Translations under genes and position numbers: made by a program
Shown here: piece after piece, positions 49,023 to 58,466 of the stretch
How positions within the stretch are numbered: position 1 is the first letter of the stretch
Layout: every line of letters starts with the position of its first letter
From: an uncultured bacterium
GTDB taxonomy: Bacteria; Bacteroidota; Bacteroidia; Chitinophagales; Chitinophagaceae
Assembly (NCBI GenBank): GCA_903951405.1
Contig: CAJBBV010000168.1
Location: 1-59,684, forward strand
Length of the DNA stretch: 59,684 nucleotides
Reading direction: 5' to 3'
The notes under the pieces: model-generated
The model's input: the letters and a program-made list of their open reading frames with translations, nothing else
Database searches by the model: none
What the model was told of the DNA's origin: nothing

Positions 49023-52000
49023 TTACTGCGCTAAGGATATCCTAATCTGTACACCACCTCGTGTGTTAACTGATGGAGCAGCGTTTGAAATGTATGGGTT
49101 AATTCTGCGCTGATCAAAGTACAATTGAACGTTCACTCGATTGCTCAACACGTAATCAATCGTTGGACGAATGCTAAATATACGCTGACCACCTGTCGCA
49201 AAGGCATTGGATTGATCAAGTCTTGAATTTGAATTGATATCATCTCGTATGCTGAAATCGAGTGCGAAGGTCAAGTCGTTGTCTAATTTTTTACTCGCTT
49301 CTTTTTTGCCGAGCTTGAGTTTGAATGGCAAAGGCATTGCCCTTTTTCTCCAACGCATTCCAAAAGTGATTTCGGTTGAACGTACTTCACTAAGCTGAAG
49401 GTCGATAAGGCTCATGCTTAGTGTTCGTGATTTTCTGTATTCAAATCTACCAGATAATTGTCCGGGAGTTGTGAAATCAATTCCAATCAATGGTGCGAAT
49501 TGTTCTTGAATCGAGAGATTTGGAACAAGGAAATAGGGTATGTAGTTTCCTGATATGGTATCAATGAATGACGGGAATCCATACATTAATGTGTCTTGGA
49601 ATAACAACGCAGAGTTGAAGCTGTTCATACTCAAGGTGCTATTGTATCCATGGGTGATAGTGAAATTAGTAAAGTATTGCTGTAGGCTTTCAATTCTACT
49701 AAGTCCATTATAGGTGAGCCTCCAGTTTGGTTTTGGCAGATAGCCGCTAAATGGATTTGATTTTACCGTATTGGTTTGACCATTCTTTAATAAGGCAATT
49801 TGATTTGGGTCCTTGTTCGTATAGGCTGCAATAAATGCAGGAATCAATACATCTTGTGAATATCGTCCATACCCTGTGTAATAGCCATCGGCACCAACTG
49901 TTTTACTATATGGGTTTTGTTCTCCAAGTCGTTTAGATAAGATGCTTCTGTTTTTTTCAAATTGCTTGAACGTCTCACTCGTATTATTTGCATTGAATTT
50001 TTTAAACAATGTCTGGAATGAAACATAGCTGATGCTAAATCCTCCACCAGAGTATGGGCTTAACGAATTGAAATCACCAGTGCCCACGGTATCCTTAAAT
50101 AGTGTTGAGAAATTTTTTGAAAGACTTTTGTCGAGATTCAAGTCAATCATCAAATCTCGTATCGGTTCTATTTGTGCAGTCAGGTTTAGCTTCTTTTCAT
50201 ATGACTGTAAGAATAAATTATTAAGTAACGGGTCTTTTGTAACCAGTCCTTTTTTACCAATCTTATCAAGCCATTGTTGATTTGGTTGCTTACCCATGAT
50301 AAAGTCAACTCCAGGAGCCATGCTCTTCCAATTCTGACCAAAGAATTTGGTACTATCTGTATATCCAGGTAATAATGTGCTTCCCCCTTCATTGTATGTT
50401 GCGCCAACTCGCTTCACGGCAGTTAATATCTTGAGTATCGCTTTTTCAGTAGGGGATAAGATGATTTCTTTTCTTTCTTTTGGTTGTTTTTCTTTCAATG
50501 CTTTCTCTTGCGACTTTCTTTCTTTTTCAATACGATCTTGCTCTTCTTTTTCTTTTTTCTCCTTTCGCTTATCCTCAACAGTCTTTATTGTTTTCCCTTG
50601 AACAATGACCGTGTCTTTTTTTACTCTAAATGCTCCTGGTTTGCTTTTCTGCATACTTGGGTCAAATATGTCTGGTAATGAGTAAAGCCCAGCATTCTTT
50701 TTATTTTGATCAGGTGAAGTCACTTGTTCATTTATCTTTACTTCGTCTGCTTTTTTAGTTTCACTCACCTTAGGGTCTTTGTTCTCCCTTTTTTTATTTT
50801 TCGAATTTCCTTTTGGTGTTTTTTGATTATTTTTTTGAGCAGATGGCGTTTGAGGTCCATTATCAATTGCTCTTAACACCTTTGATTTGTTGTAAAGCTG
50901 AGCAAAATTCATCTCGAGCGTTCCACCAGTTTGGCCGCTGTTTTGTATGGTATTGCCAAGGCTTAATGCAAGCCTAGATGCGCCAATCCAATTGTAAGTA
51001 GTTCGGTAGGCTACATTCACCGTTGTCCAATCCAAAACCGGAATAGAATTAGTTGGTAGGTTATAAGTTAGGTCTGTACTTTGGTTATAAATGGTGTTCC
51101 GTCCACCCTTCAAGAAATTCTGTGTAAGGGAGTCGCGTTTAGGTCTTGTATTAATTCGTCCAAACGGTTCGTCTACACGTGAATTGTTCAATGCCTTGAA
51201 GTCTATATTTAATGATTTCGTTAGGTCCCAACGCAGATTGTAGTTCCTGTCGACCACAAAATATTTATCGTAGGTTTCAGGAATTTTGAATTTACCACCC
51301 CCGATATTCCGTGGAAGTATCGCAGCAAATTGTCTTCGTGTATCCACCCGAAATCCAATTAGTGATGGAAGTGGGTTGAAGTTTACGTTACGAATAAAAT
51401 CAAGCCAAGGTGTTTTGATTTTGATTAATTTTTTTAGTGGCTCAATGTATTTAGGTTGAGTATTGTAATTGTATCCTATCCCCCCCTGGGTTTTATTTAT
51501 CTGGTTACTTTCAATTAATGGGTTGTGTTGTCTAGTTTCAGTCAGCGAGTAATTGAAATCAAAATTGGAAATGCTCCACAATTGAATTTTTTTATTTTGT
51601 TTCTGTGTGAACCGAACATTCGTAAAGTTGATGGTTTTGAGCCCAACATAATCTACCGCTTCATTTCGTATGGAGTCTCTTGACGAATTGTATGTTCTTA
51701 GTTTTTGCTTTAAGGTGATGTCTTTATCGAATGGATCATACTTCGGACTGCTAATAATTTGTGATATGTTTGCAAAGAAGGGGATCTCAATACCAATCTC
51801 TTTAGGAAGAAGTTTTCCTAACTGAAGATTTATCGATGCATCAACTTGTTTGAGGTCGTCGCGATACCGATCATTAACGCGTTGCTCTAGTTGTCCAAAT
51901 CCAGCGGTGTGAATATTGGTCGACATAGAGATTGAACCTAAGTCGGATAGCTGAAGATTCATTTGACCAACAGCGGCCCATCCACCATTTTCATCTAACC

Positions 52001-55000
52001 CCGATAAGCGAAGTTCATTTACCCATATTTCGGTTGCAATGGCATTACTGCCACCTCCTTTAGGGTTTTCCATTCCAAGAAGTATGCCTTTCACTTCTCC
52101 TAGATTTGGATTTCCCATGATGGAGAATGTTTTACCACCAATTTGTGTTCTGTATATCGCAGAGGGATTATTGGTGTTTAGGTTTCTTTCATTTTTTAAC
52201 CTAACCAAATCAGCTAGAAAAAAATTCAATTCATTTTCAGATGGCCAAATTACTTTTTCATCTGTTGTACCAAAGTCTGTTATTTTTAGTGGGTACTTAA
52301 TCTCATAATAATTATTGATGTAGTCATTGCCTATTCGCACTACTGCATATACATCTCCATTTTGAAGTTTGTTATATTCCCTCAAACTTTCTGCGTGATA
52401 AAACATAGAAATTTTTGAATACTGTCTAAGGTCGTGATTGAAGCCTTTGAACACAGCCCTTCCATCTCCATCTTGCAAGTTGATTACGCGCATGCTAAGT
52501 GATTGCTCATTCTGTAGAATATTGATACCACCATTACTTAGTGTTTGTACTCGTTCAATACCAGGAGGAGTTCTGTATGGGATTGGGTCTTTGCGATCGT
52601 TCTCTTCGATATTTACTGAAGAAACATCAAATCGTGTGCTGCTGTTGGCAAGATCAATAGGTTTGTATGTACCGGTTGTATCGAGGTCATAAGAGAATCT
52701 TCTCCAATTGTTTCGCACTAACTCCATCTTGGCAAAACGCAAGACTACAGAATCGGTGAAGTCTGTCATGAACATTCTAAAGAATCGAATAGATTTAAAG
52801 TCTGGTATATCGCCTACTTTTTTATTGTAGGCTGAAATAGGCACCCTAAATTGATACCAAATTTGATCTTGTTTAGAGCCATCCGCTAAGGTGATGCTTA
52901 CACTTTTTTTATCTGAAATAAAATTGCTTCCCACTTGCATGCTGAGTTCACCCGATGGTTTTAGGTCAATTCGATATTGGAAATATTCTTCAGATTCATT
53001 CAGTGTATTGTCTCTGTTCAAGTCCTCTCCATCAGGATACATGGTGAAGGCAGATGCAAAATTGGCTCCTGCTTTTGCTACTGGAGAATTTCCTTGTGGG
53101 TTATTGAAATTTTTATAGCGGGTTAAGATGCCAGCATTTTCTTGGTCGTAGGTCTCATCACGATAATATTTAAAGTTATCGCTGGATGGATCTTTTGATG
53201 CATCAGTGTAGGCTTTTGAATTTAAGCCGTAACGTGTTGCCATTTCATTTAAGTAATCAGCACGCTTTTTTAATTCTGCTGAATCAGTCATACCATCAAA
53301 TCCAACATCCTGGAATTTTCTATCCGCGGGTTCATTACTGAATCCTTGTGTTATTTGAATCGGGTTGAGGGGGACATTGCCCCATGTAGACGCTCCTGTT
53401 GCTGCAGGGATCGACGGAGTAGGTAATCCATTCTCATAGAATCGCCTAGAATCTTTTAAAATATCTTCTGAAATATTTCCAAGGTTTAAATAAAGTGATC
53501 CACCAGATTTATTCGTTCCATCTATAAAGGGATCAAGCATCCAAAAATCGATAAATTCAATATTGGCGCTTTCAAAATCTGTTTGATCGATGCCTCTCAT
53601 GATACCACCCCAGCGCTTGTTTGGATTTTTTAATTCACCATTGCTCTCAATGTTTGCAGCATCAAAATTGTATGGACCTTTCTCTTTTGGATAGTAAGCC
53701 ATATCAAAAGTCACTAATTGCGCTTGCCCAAAATCGGGAGTTCTTCTTGGGAAAATTTCTTGTTGACCAACACTGCGTACACGTGCATCAGAAAGTTGTT
53801 TTAAGTCATTACGCAGCGGGTTATTTGTATTCCTTTTTTCTTGCAATACGGGCTCAATATTATACCACGCTATTTTTGCTCTGTTTTTGCCATACGCAAC
53901 GTCATCAAATAAATCAGCTTCAGGAAATAAAACATTTCCGGACCTATCTGTTGCGCCTTTAGGTGTTGATGCTAAGGTCCAACCAATGATTGGGAAGCGA
54001 AGGTCGATGCTCGATTTTGTTCCTTCAAAATCATCAAGATAAACTAATCCTTCGCCGCCTTTACCAATCTGAGGAGCGTGCCCCGGCTTCATCTTTGCTG
54101 CTTCAGCTGATGCGTTGATACTCGAGGGCGCTTTTGCTTCATAAAATGGAAGCTTGCTCAACAATTTATTTAACCTCGGCAGCTCACTATTATAGTTCAT
54201 GTCGATACCCGTCATGGAATTTCGAATTGGATCTGATCCATATTCCATCTTAGTAAAAAATGGACGCTCGCTTAATCGAACCATGGTACCGCCAACTGAA
54301 AACTTTTTGTTGAACAGATAATCCCAACGCAAGCCAGTATAGGTTCGTTGTTGAACACCAAATGTTGCATTGTTTTCAAATTGCACATTAACGGGTAATC
54401 CAGAATTTTTAATGGCACTGTTGATGACACGCAACGTTCCTGAAATGTAGTCTATTGTATAGTCAATATTTTCTTGTAATGTTTGTCCACCCGCTGTAAC
54501 AGTAACAGAACCGGGTGGAATATTAAACGCATTTAATGAGATTTCACCGCTTGAACCACCTGATGATTTTGATGTGCCTCGAATTAAGAATCGATTAAGA
54601 TTAGCATAGGTTTGAGCTATCGCTTTAATTGTGTCGTAAAGTGGATAATAGAGGTATTTGCTTCTTAGCGTTGGATTGGTGGTAAAGGCGTCATCTAAGT
54701 CATGTCCAAATGGTTCAAGGACTGGAAAGATTGCACGGCTCTGATAGGTATTAATCGTATAGCCTTCTACAAAGTCGAATACCCCATCTGGCTGTGGATC
54801 GTTTTGATTATTTAGTCGATCTAGGTTTAATAAAGTAAGTAATGGAATACCTGCTTTATCTCCTTCTGGTAAGTATCTTTTTTCACCAGCACCAGGTTCT
54901 TGGTACAATACATTGAATTGAAAATCTGCACGCTCAAGCTGCCCTGATCCAACGGGATAAATATTTTTCATCATCAAATCCCATATGGGAAGAGCAGTTC

Positions 55001-56513
55001 GTTGTGATGTAGCTTTTAAGAGTTTAAGGAATAATACTTTTTGTACTCCACTGGTTGAATCTACCGGCACGTCTTGTGCAAACTCTCCAACTTGAAAAAC
55101 TTTTCCATTCACTGTATATTGATAAGCTACAGCAAGTACTTCGTCAGACTGTAACATTACATTCAACGAAATAAAACCGAGTTGTCGGTTAAAATAATAT
55201 TGTGTTGTATCCAGTTTGCGTGCAAATGTTTTTTCAAAATCACGTACAGGCTTAAGGCCAAGTCCATTCAATGCATTGACAACCTGTACTGGATTTCTAT
55301 TGTTAGGATTACCTGTAACTTTTCTGTATAAATCATTTGTTGCATTGGATGGGTATACTGACCCAGGGGCTACATTTATTACCGGTGGTTTTTGGTATGG
55401 ATTATTTTCTGCTAAGTCCATCAAGCCTACTACATCTCTTGTATTTGCATTGGTACCATTTCTATTGGTTACCCAAACTTCCATCCTCAACAACTGCACT
55501 TGTGAGTTGATGATGGGCAGGTTCTTCATTGCCTTATTGTAGTTGTTTCTAAAATACTGCGCCAATAAAAAGTGTCTATTCTCTTCGTATTCATCCGCTT
55601 TGATTTCAAATGGAGTAGTGCTTGATCCACCCTTGAAACCAGCAGATTGACGTTGTGAACGCTGACTAGCAAATACTGTTGAAACCCAAAGTTTTCCAAA
55701 TTGCAATTGTGTTTTTACACCAAATAGTTGTTGTGCACCTGGTATCAATGTACCCTTTGATGGGAATGACGTATTGCCAATCTCAATTTTTTTGAAAATA
55801 TCTTCAGCACCTCCTGTATAGTCTAACTTTAACTGATTTTCAAAATCAAAGGTAGAACGCGTATTGTAGCTGATTGGAAATTTCATTTTATCTCCAATGT
55901 TTCCAATCACATTCAAATTAACGGCTGGATCAAAATCTAACCCGCCATTTTTTCTCGCACGTTCAGGTAGCGTTGGATTTTTAATATTTTGGCCTTGATA
56001 CCCTGCGGTTATCGTTACTTCCCCTTGTGGACGAATATCAATTTTCCCAGTTCCAAAGAGTCGATTAAACAATTCATCGGTCATGTTGAGTTTTGGCTTG
56101 ACCAATTTTCTATTTAATAAACTGGATGTATTGGCTCTTTTTTGGAAATAATCTGTTTCCGCTTTTCTCGCTTGTATCCGCATGAAGTCGTCGAAACTCA
56201 GCGAGGTTGGCTTTCGGTAATATTTTCCACCAATTTTTTCTACGATATAATACTCCTTGGTTTTGGGATCGTAGGTGATTGAATCGATTAAGTTTGATGG
56301 ATCTTTTAGGTCGAAGGAATTTCTTCTTGGTGTTGAAAAGGCATCGCCTCTTCTATCTTGGAGGGGAAAGCGTAAGCTATCAGTACCCGGAATACTATCT
56401 TTTAGTGAATAGACCTTATTGGAAACGAGTATTTCCCTAGCCTGAACAAGGTTGGCTAAGGAAAGAAAAGCTACAATAAAAGTTATCTGATTGAATAACT
56501 TCTTCAAAATCAA
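49023..56513 (-). CDS. sprA: T9SS outer-membrane translocon SprA/Sov
   Basis: 2496 aa; IDIRPQG, FDFENQLKLDYTG, YEENRHF, YLDDFEG, GNPNLGEVK, WVNELRL, QDVLIPAF; lies downstream of ruvA as is typical in Bacteroidota. Confidence 0.96.
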   Translation of the reverse strand: MILKKLFNQITFIVAFLSLANLVQAREILVSNKVYSLKDSIPGTDSLRFPLQDRRGDAFSTPRRNSFDLKDPSNLIDSITYDPKTKEYYIVEKIGGKYYRKPTSLSFDDFMRIQARKAETDYFQKRANTSSLLNRKLVKPKLNMTDELFNRLFGTGKIDIRPQGEVTITAGYQGQNIKNPTLPERARKNGGLDFDPAVNLNVIGNIGDKMKFPISYNTRSTFDFENQLKLDYTGGAEDIFKKIEIGNTSFPSKGTLIPGAQQLFGVKTQLQFGKLWVSTVFASQRSQRQSAGFKGGSSTTPFEIKADEYEENRHFLLAQYFRNNYNKAMKNLPIINSQVQLLRMEVWVTNRNGTNANTRDVVGLMDLAENNPYQKPPVINVAPGSVYPSNATNDLYRKVTGNPNNRNPVQVVNALNGLGLKPVRDFEKTFARKLDTTQYYFNRQLGFISLNVMLQSDEVLAVAYQYTVNGKVFQVGEFAQDVPVDSTSGVQKVLFLKLLKATSQRTALPIWDLMMKNIYPVGSGQLERADFQFNVLYQEPGAGEKRYLPEGDKAGIPLLTLLNLDRLNNQNDPQPDGVFDFVEGYTINTYQSRAIFPVLEPFGHDLDDAFTTNPTLRSKYLYYPLYDTIKAIAQTYANLNRFLIRGTSKSSGGSSGEISLNAFNIPPGSVTVTAGGQTLQENIDYTIDYISGTLRVINSAIKNSGLPVNVQFENNATFGVQQRTYTGLRWDYLFNKKFSVGGTMVRLSERPFFTKMEYGSDPIRNSMTGIDMNYNSELPRLNKLLSKLPFYEAKAPSSINASAEAAKMKPGHAPQIGKGGEGLVYLDDFEGTKSSIDLRFPIIGWTLASTPKGATDRSGNVLFPEADLFDDVAYGKNRAKIAWYNIEPVLQEKRNTNNPLRNDLKQLSDARVRSVGQQEIFPRRTPDFGQAQLVTFDMAYYPKEKGPYNFDAANIESNGELKNPNKRWGGIMRGIDQTDFESANIEFIDFWMLDPFIDGTNKSGGSLYLNLGNISEDILKDSRRFYENGLPTPSIPAATGASTWGNVPLNPIQITQGFSNEPADRKFQDVGFDGMTDSAELKKRADYLNEMATRYGLNSKAYTDASKDPSSDNFKYYRDETYDQENAGILTRYKNFNNPQGNSPVAKAGANFASAFTMYPDGEDLNRDNTLNESEEYFQYRIDLKPSGELSMQVGSNFISDKKSVSITLADGSKQDQIWYQFRVPISAYNKKVGDIPDFKSIRFFRMFMTDFTDSVVLRFAKMELVRNNWRRFSYDLDTTGTYKPIDLANSSTRFDVSSVNIEENDRKDPIPYRTPPGIERVQTLSNGGINILQNEQSLSMRVINLQDGDGRAVFKGFNHDLRQYSKISMFYHAESLREYNKLQNGDVYAVVRIGNDYINNYYEIKYPLKITDFGTTDEKVIWPSENELNFFLADLVRLKNERNLNTNNPSAIYRTQIGGKTFSIMGNPNLGEVKGILLGMENPKGGGSNAIATEIWVNELRLSGLDENGGWAAVGQMNLQLSDLGSISMSTNIHTAGFGQLEQRVNDRYRDDLKQVDASINLQLGKLLPKEIGIEIPFFANISQIISSPKYDPFDKDITLKQKLRTYNSSRDSIRNEAVDYVGLKTINFTNVRFTQKQNKKIQLWSISNFDFNYSLTETRQHNPLIESNQINKTQGGIGYNYNTQPKYIEPLKKLIKIKTPWLDFIRNVNFNPLPSLIGFRVDTRRQFAAILPRNIGGGKFKIPETYDKYFVVDRNYNLRWDLTKSLNIDFKALNNSRVDEPFGRINTRPKRDSLTQNFLKGGRNTIYNQSTDLTYNLPTNSIPVLDWTTVNVAYRTTYNWIGASRLALSLGNTIQNSGQTGGTLEMNFAQLYNKSKVLRAIDNGPQTPSAQKNNQKTPKGNSKNKKRENKDPKVSETKKADEVKINEQVTSPDQNKKNAGLYSLPDIFDPSMQKSKPGAFRVKKDTVIVQGKTIKTVEDKRKEKKEKEEQDRIEKERKSQEKALKEKQPKERKEIILSPTEKAILKILTAVKRVGATYNEGGSTLLPGYTDSTKFFGQNWKSMAPGVDFIMGKQPNQQWLDKIGKKGLVTKDPLLNNLFLQSYEKKLNLTAQIEPIRDLMIDLNLDKSLSKNFSTLFKDTVGTGDFNSLSPYSGGGFSISYVSFQTLFKKFNANNTSETFKQFEKNRSILSKRLGEQNPYSKTVGADGYYTGYGRYSQDVLIPAFIAAYTNKDPNQIALLKNGQTNTVKSNPFSGYLPKPNWRLTYNGLSRIESLQQYFTNFTITHGYNSTLSMNSFNSALLFQDTLMYGFPSFIDTISGNYIPYFLVPNLSIQEQFAPLIGIDFTTPGQLSGRFEYRKSRTLSMSLIDLQLSEVRSTEITFGMRWRKRAMPLPFKLKLGKKEASKKLDNDLTFALDFSIRDDINSNSRLDQSNAFATGGQRIFSIRPTIDYVLSNRVNVQLYFDQRRINPYISNAAPSVNTRGGVQIRISLAQ

Positions 56514-56530
56514 TAAGGTGTATAGTTCTT

Positions 56531-57115
56531 TTAAATAAACTGGAGTGATTTTTTGATCAATAATTCAAGTGTAACCTCTTCTGTCGCCCCTGTTTTTGCC
56601 TTTTTCAAGGCGGCTTCAGCTGAGTTTCGTTGAATTCCCAGTGCTATCAATGCATTTAACGCATCAGTGTCCAAGGTATTGTGTGTAAAGCCCTGATTTA
56701 CAACATCATTTCCGGTTTTTACCATCTTGTCTCGGAGCTCTAGGATAATCCTTTCGGCGGACTTCCTTCCAATGCCTTTTATTTTTTCTAAGGCAACCGT
56801 ATTTCCAGAGGCAATGGCACTGCTCAATTCATGGGGTAACATGGAGGAAAGCATCATTCTTGCCGTTGAAGCGCCCACTCCATTTACGTTGATTAATTGA
56901 ATAAAAAGGAGCTTTTCTGCGAGCTCGGCAAAGCCAAATAAAGTATGTCCATCCTCTTTGATTTGAAGATGGGTCAATAACGTTCCTTGTTTTAATTCTT
57001 GAATTTTGGAATAGGTATTCAGACTGATCTGTACTTCATAGCCAACTCCTTGAACATCAATGTGTACATAGGAGGGAGTCTTGGTTGTAAATGTACCAGT
57101 TAGGTAGGCTATCAT
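56531..57115 (-). CDS. ruvA: Holliday junction branch migration protein RuvA
   Basis: MIAYLTG, GVGYEV, LFGF, VNGVGA, IKGIGRKSAERIILELRDK. ATG 57115 preferred; minus-strand TACCTTTG at 57142-57135. Confidence 0.97.
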   Translation of the reverse strand: MIAYLTGTFTTKTPSYVHIDVQGVGYEVQISLNTYSKIQELKQGTLLTHLQIKEDGHTLFGFAELAEKLLFIQLINVNGVGASTARMMLSSMLPHELSSAIASGNTVALEKIKGIGRKSAERIILELRDKMVKTGNDVVNQGFTHNTLDTDALNALIALGIQRNSAEAALKKAKTGATEEVTLELLIKKSLQFI

Positions 57116-57208
57116 GGAGGATGATTTGGTCTTGCAAAGGTAGGGAATTAGCACATAGCAGTCATCGATAATGACTTAATAATCAATCAGTCAGCTTTCG
57201 ATTTTTTT

Positions 57209-57299
57209 CTATTATCTAGCACCTAACTACTAATGTCTAACTTCTAACTGCTAACTACTAACGGCTAACTACTAACGTCTAACTACTATATCCTAACTT
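57209..57299 (+). repeat. Degenerate heptamer array CTANNNN x13 (consensus CTAACNN)
   Basis: CTATTAT CTAGCAC CTAACTA CTAATGT CTAACTT CTAACTG CTAACTA CTAACGG CTAACTA CTAACGT CTAACTA CTATATC CTAACTT; no indels. Confidence 0.95.
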
Positions 57300-57301
57300 T
57301 G
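57294..57301 (+). promoter_or_regulatory. -7 promoter element of fabH, formed largely by the last repeat unit
   Basis: TAACTTTG, 11 nt before ATG 57313. Confidence 0.7.
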
Positions 57302-57312
57302 CACCCGAATAA

Positions 57313-58311
57313 ATGACTATGGATCAGAAAATTACCGCAGCCATTACCGCAGTTGGTGGATATGTGCCAGAAGAGAGATTAACCAATGCCGACTTGGAAA
57401 AATTAGTGGACACAAACGATGAGTGGATTAAAACCAGAACTGGAATCACTGAGCGAAGGATATTAAGGGGAGAAGGTAAGGCTACGTCTGATCTTGTTGT
57501 TCCTGCTGTTAGGAATCTTTGCGAAAAAAGAGGCATCGATCCAAACGAAATTGATTGTCTAATTGTAGCCACGGTTACACCCGATATGATGTTTCCAAAT
57601 ACGGCTAACATTACCTGCGAAAAGTTGGGTATTAAAAATGCATGGGGGTTTGATCTGCTAGCGGCATGCTCAGGATTTTTATATGCCTTGACCACTGGAG
57701 CTGCTTTGATAGAAAGCGGTCGGTATAAAAAAGTGGTTGTGGTGGGTGCAGATAAGATGAGTGCCATCGTAGACTACACCGATAGAACTACTTGTATCAT
57801 TTTTGGTGATGGAGCCGGAGCTGTTTTATTAGAACCCAATACAGCTGGCTTTGGCGTAATGGATAGTCTATTGAAGTCTGATGGTAGCGGTGGAAAATAT
57901 TTATACATGAAAGGTGGTGGTTCATTGAATCCGGCAAGTGCTGAAACCATTGCAGCAAAACAACATTATATTTTTCAAGATGGACAACCCGTTTTCAAAT
58001 TTGCTGTTACCGGAATGGCAGATGTTGGGTTTGAATTGATGGAACGGAATCACTTAACAGCAGATGATATTGCGTGGCTTGTGCCACATCAAGCCAACAA
58101 ACGAATCATTGATGCAACTGCACGTCGCATGGGACTTCCAGACGAAAAAGTATTGATGAATATTGAGCGGTATGGGAATACCACGGCTGCAACAATACCA
58201 CTTTGTCTATGGGATTTTCAAGATAAAATTAAACCAGGCGATAACATTGTGCTTGCCGCTTTTGGTGGTGGGTTCACCTGGGGCGCTACATTGGTGAGGT
58301 GGGGTCAATAG
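57313..58311 (+). CDS. fabH: Beta-ketoacyl-ACP synthase III
   Basis: Motifs DEWIKTRTGI, AACSGF, FGDGAGA, VPHQAN, YGNT, FGGGFTWG. Confidence 0.96.
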   Translation: MTMDQKITAAITAVGGYVPEERLTNADLEKLVDTNDEWIKTRTGITERRILRGEGKATSDLVVPAVRNLCEKRGIDPNEIDCLIVATVTPDMMFPNTANITCEKLGIKNAWGFDLLAACSGFLYALTTGAALIESGRYKKVVVVGADKMSAIVDYTDRTTCIIFGDGAGAVLLEPNTAGFGVMDSLLKSDGSGGKYLYMKGGGSLNPASAETIAAKQHYIFQDGQPVFKFAVTGMADVGFELMERNHLTADDIAWLVPHQANKRIIDATARRMGLPDEKVLMNIERYGNTTAATIPLCLWDFQDKIKPGDNIVLAAFGGGFTWGATLVRWGQ

Positions 58312-58374
58312 ACGTTAGATGTTAGTAATTAGACGTTAGGAGATAGATGTTAGACGTTAGATGTGAGGAGTTAG
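58312..58374 (+). repeat. Heptamer array NNGTTAG x9
   Basis: ACGTTAG ATGTTAG TAATTAG ACGTTAG GAGATAG ATGTTAG ACGTTAG ATGTGAG GAGTTAG, directly after the fabH TAG. Confidence 0.95.
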
Positions 58375-58466
58375 TGGTTTAATTTAATATATTTTTTAAA
58401 TTATTGAAGTGATTGATTTGTGCCTTAATTATTGAACATAAAATTTGAATGTCATATAAACTTTTT

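Noticed and set aside
49023-57115. ruvA-sprA linkage as a novel repair/secretion system
   Set aside because: This synteny is common in Bacteroidota, and nothing here suggests a functional link.
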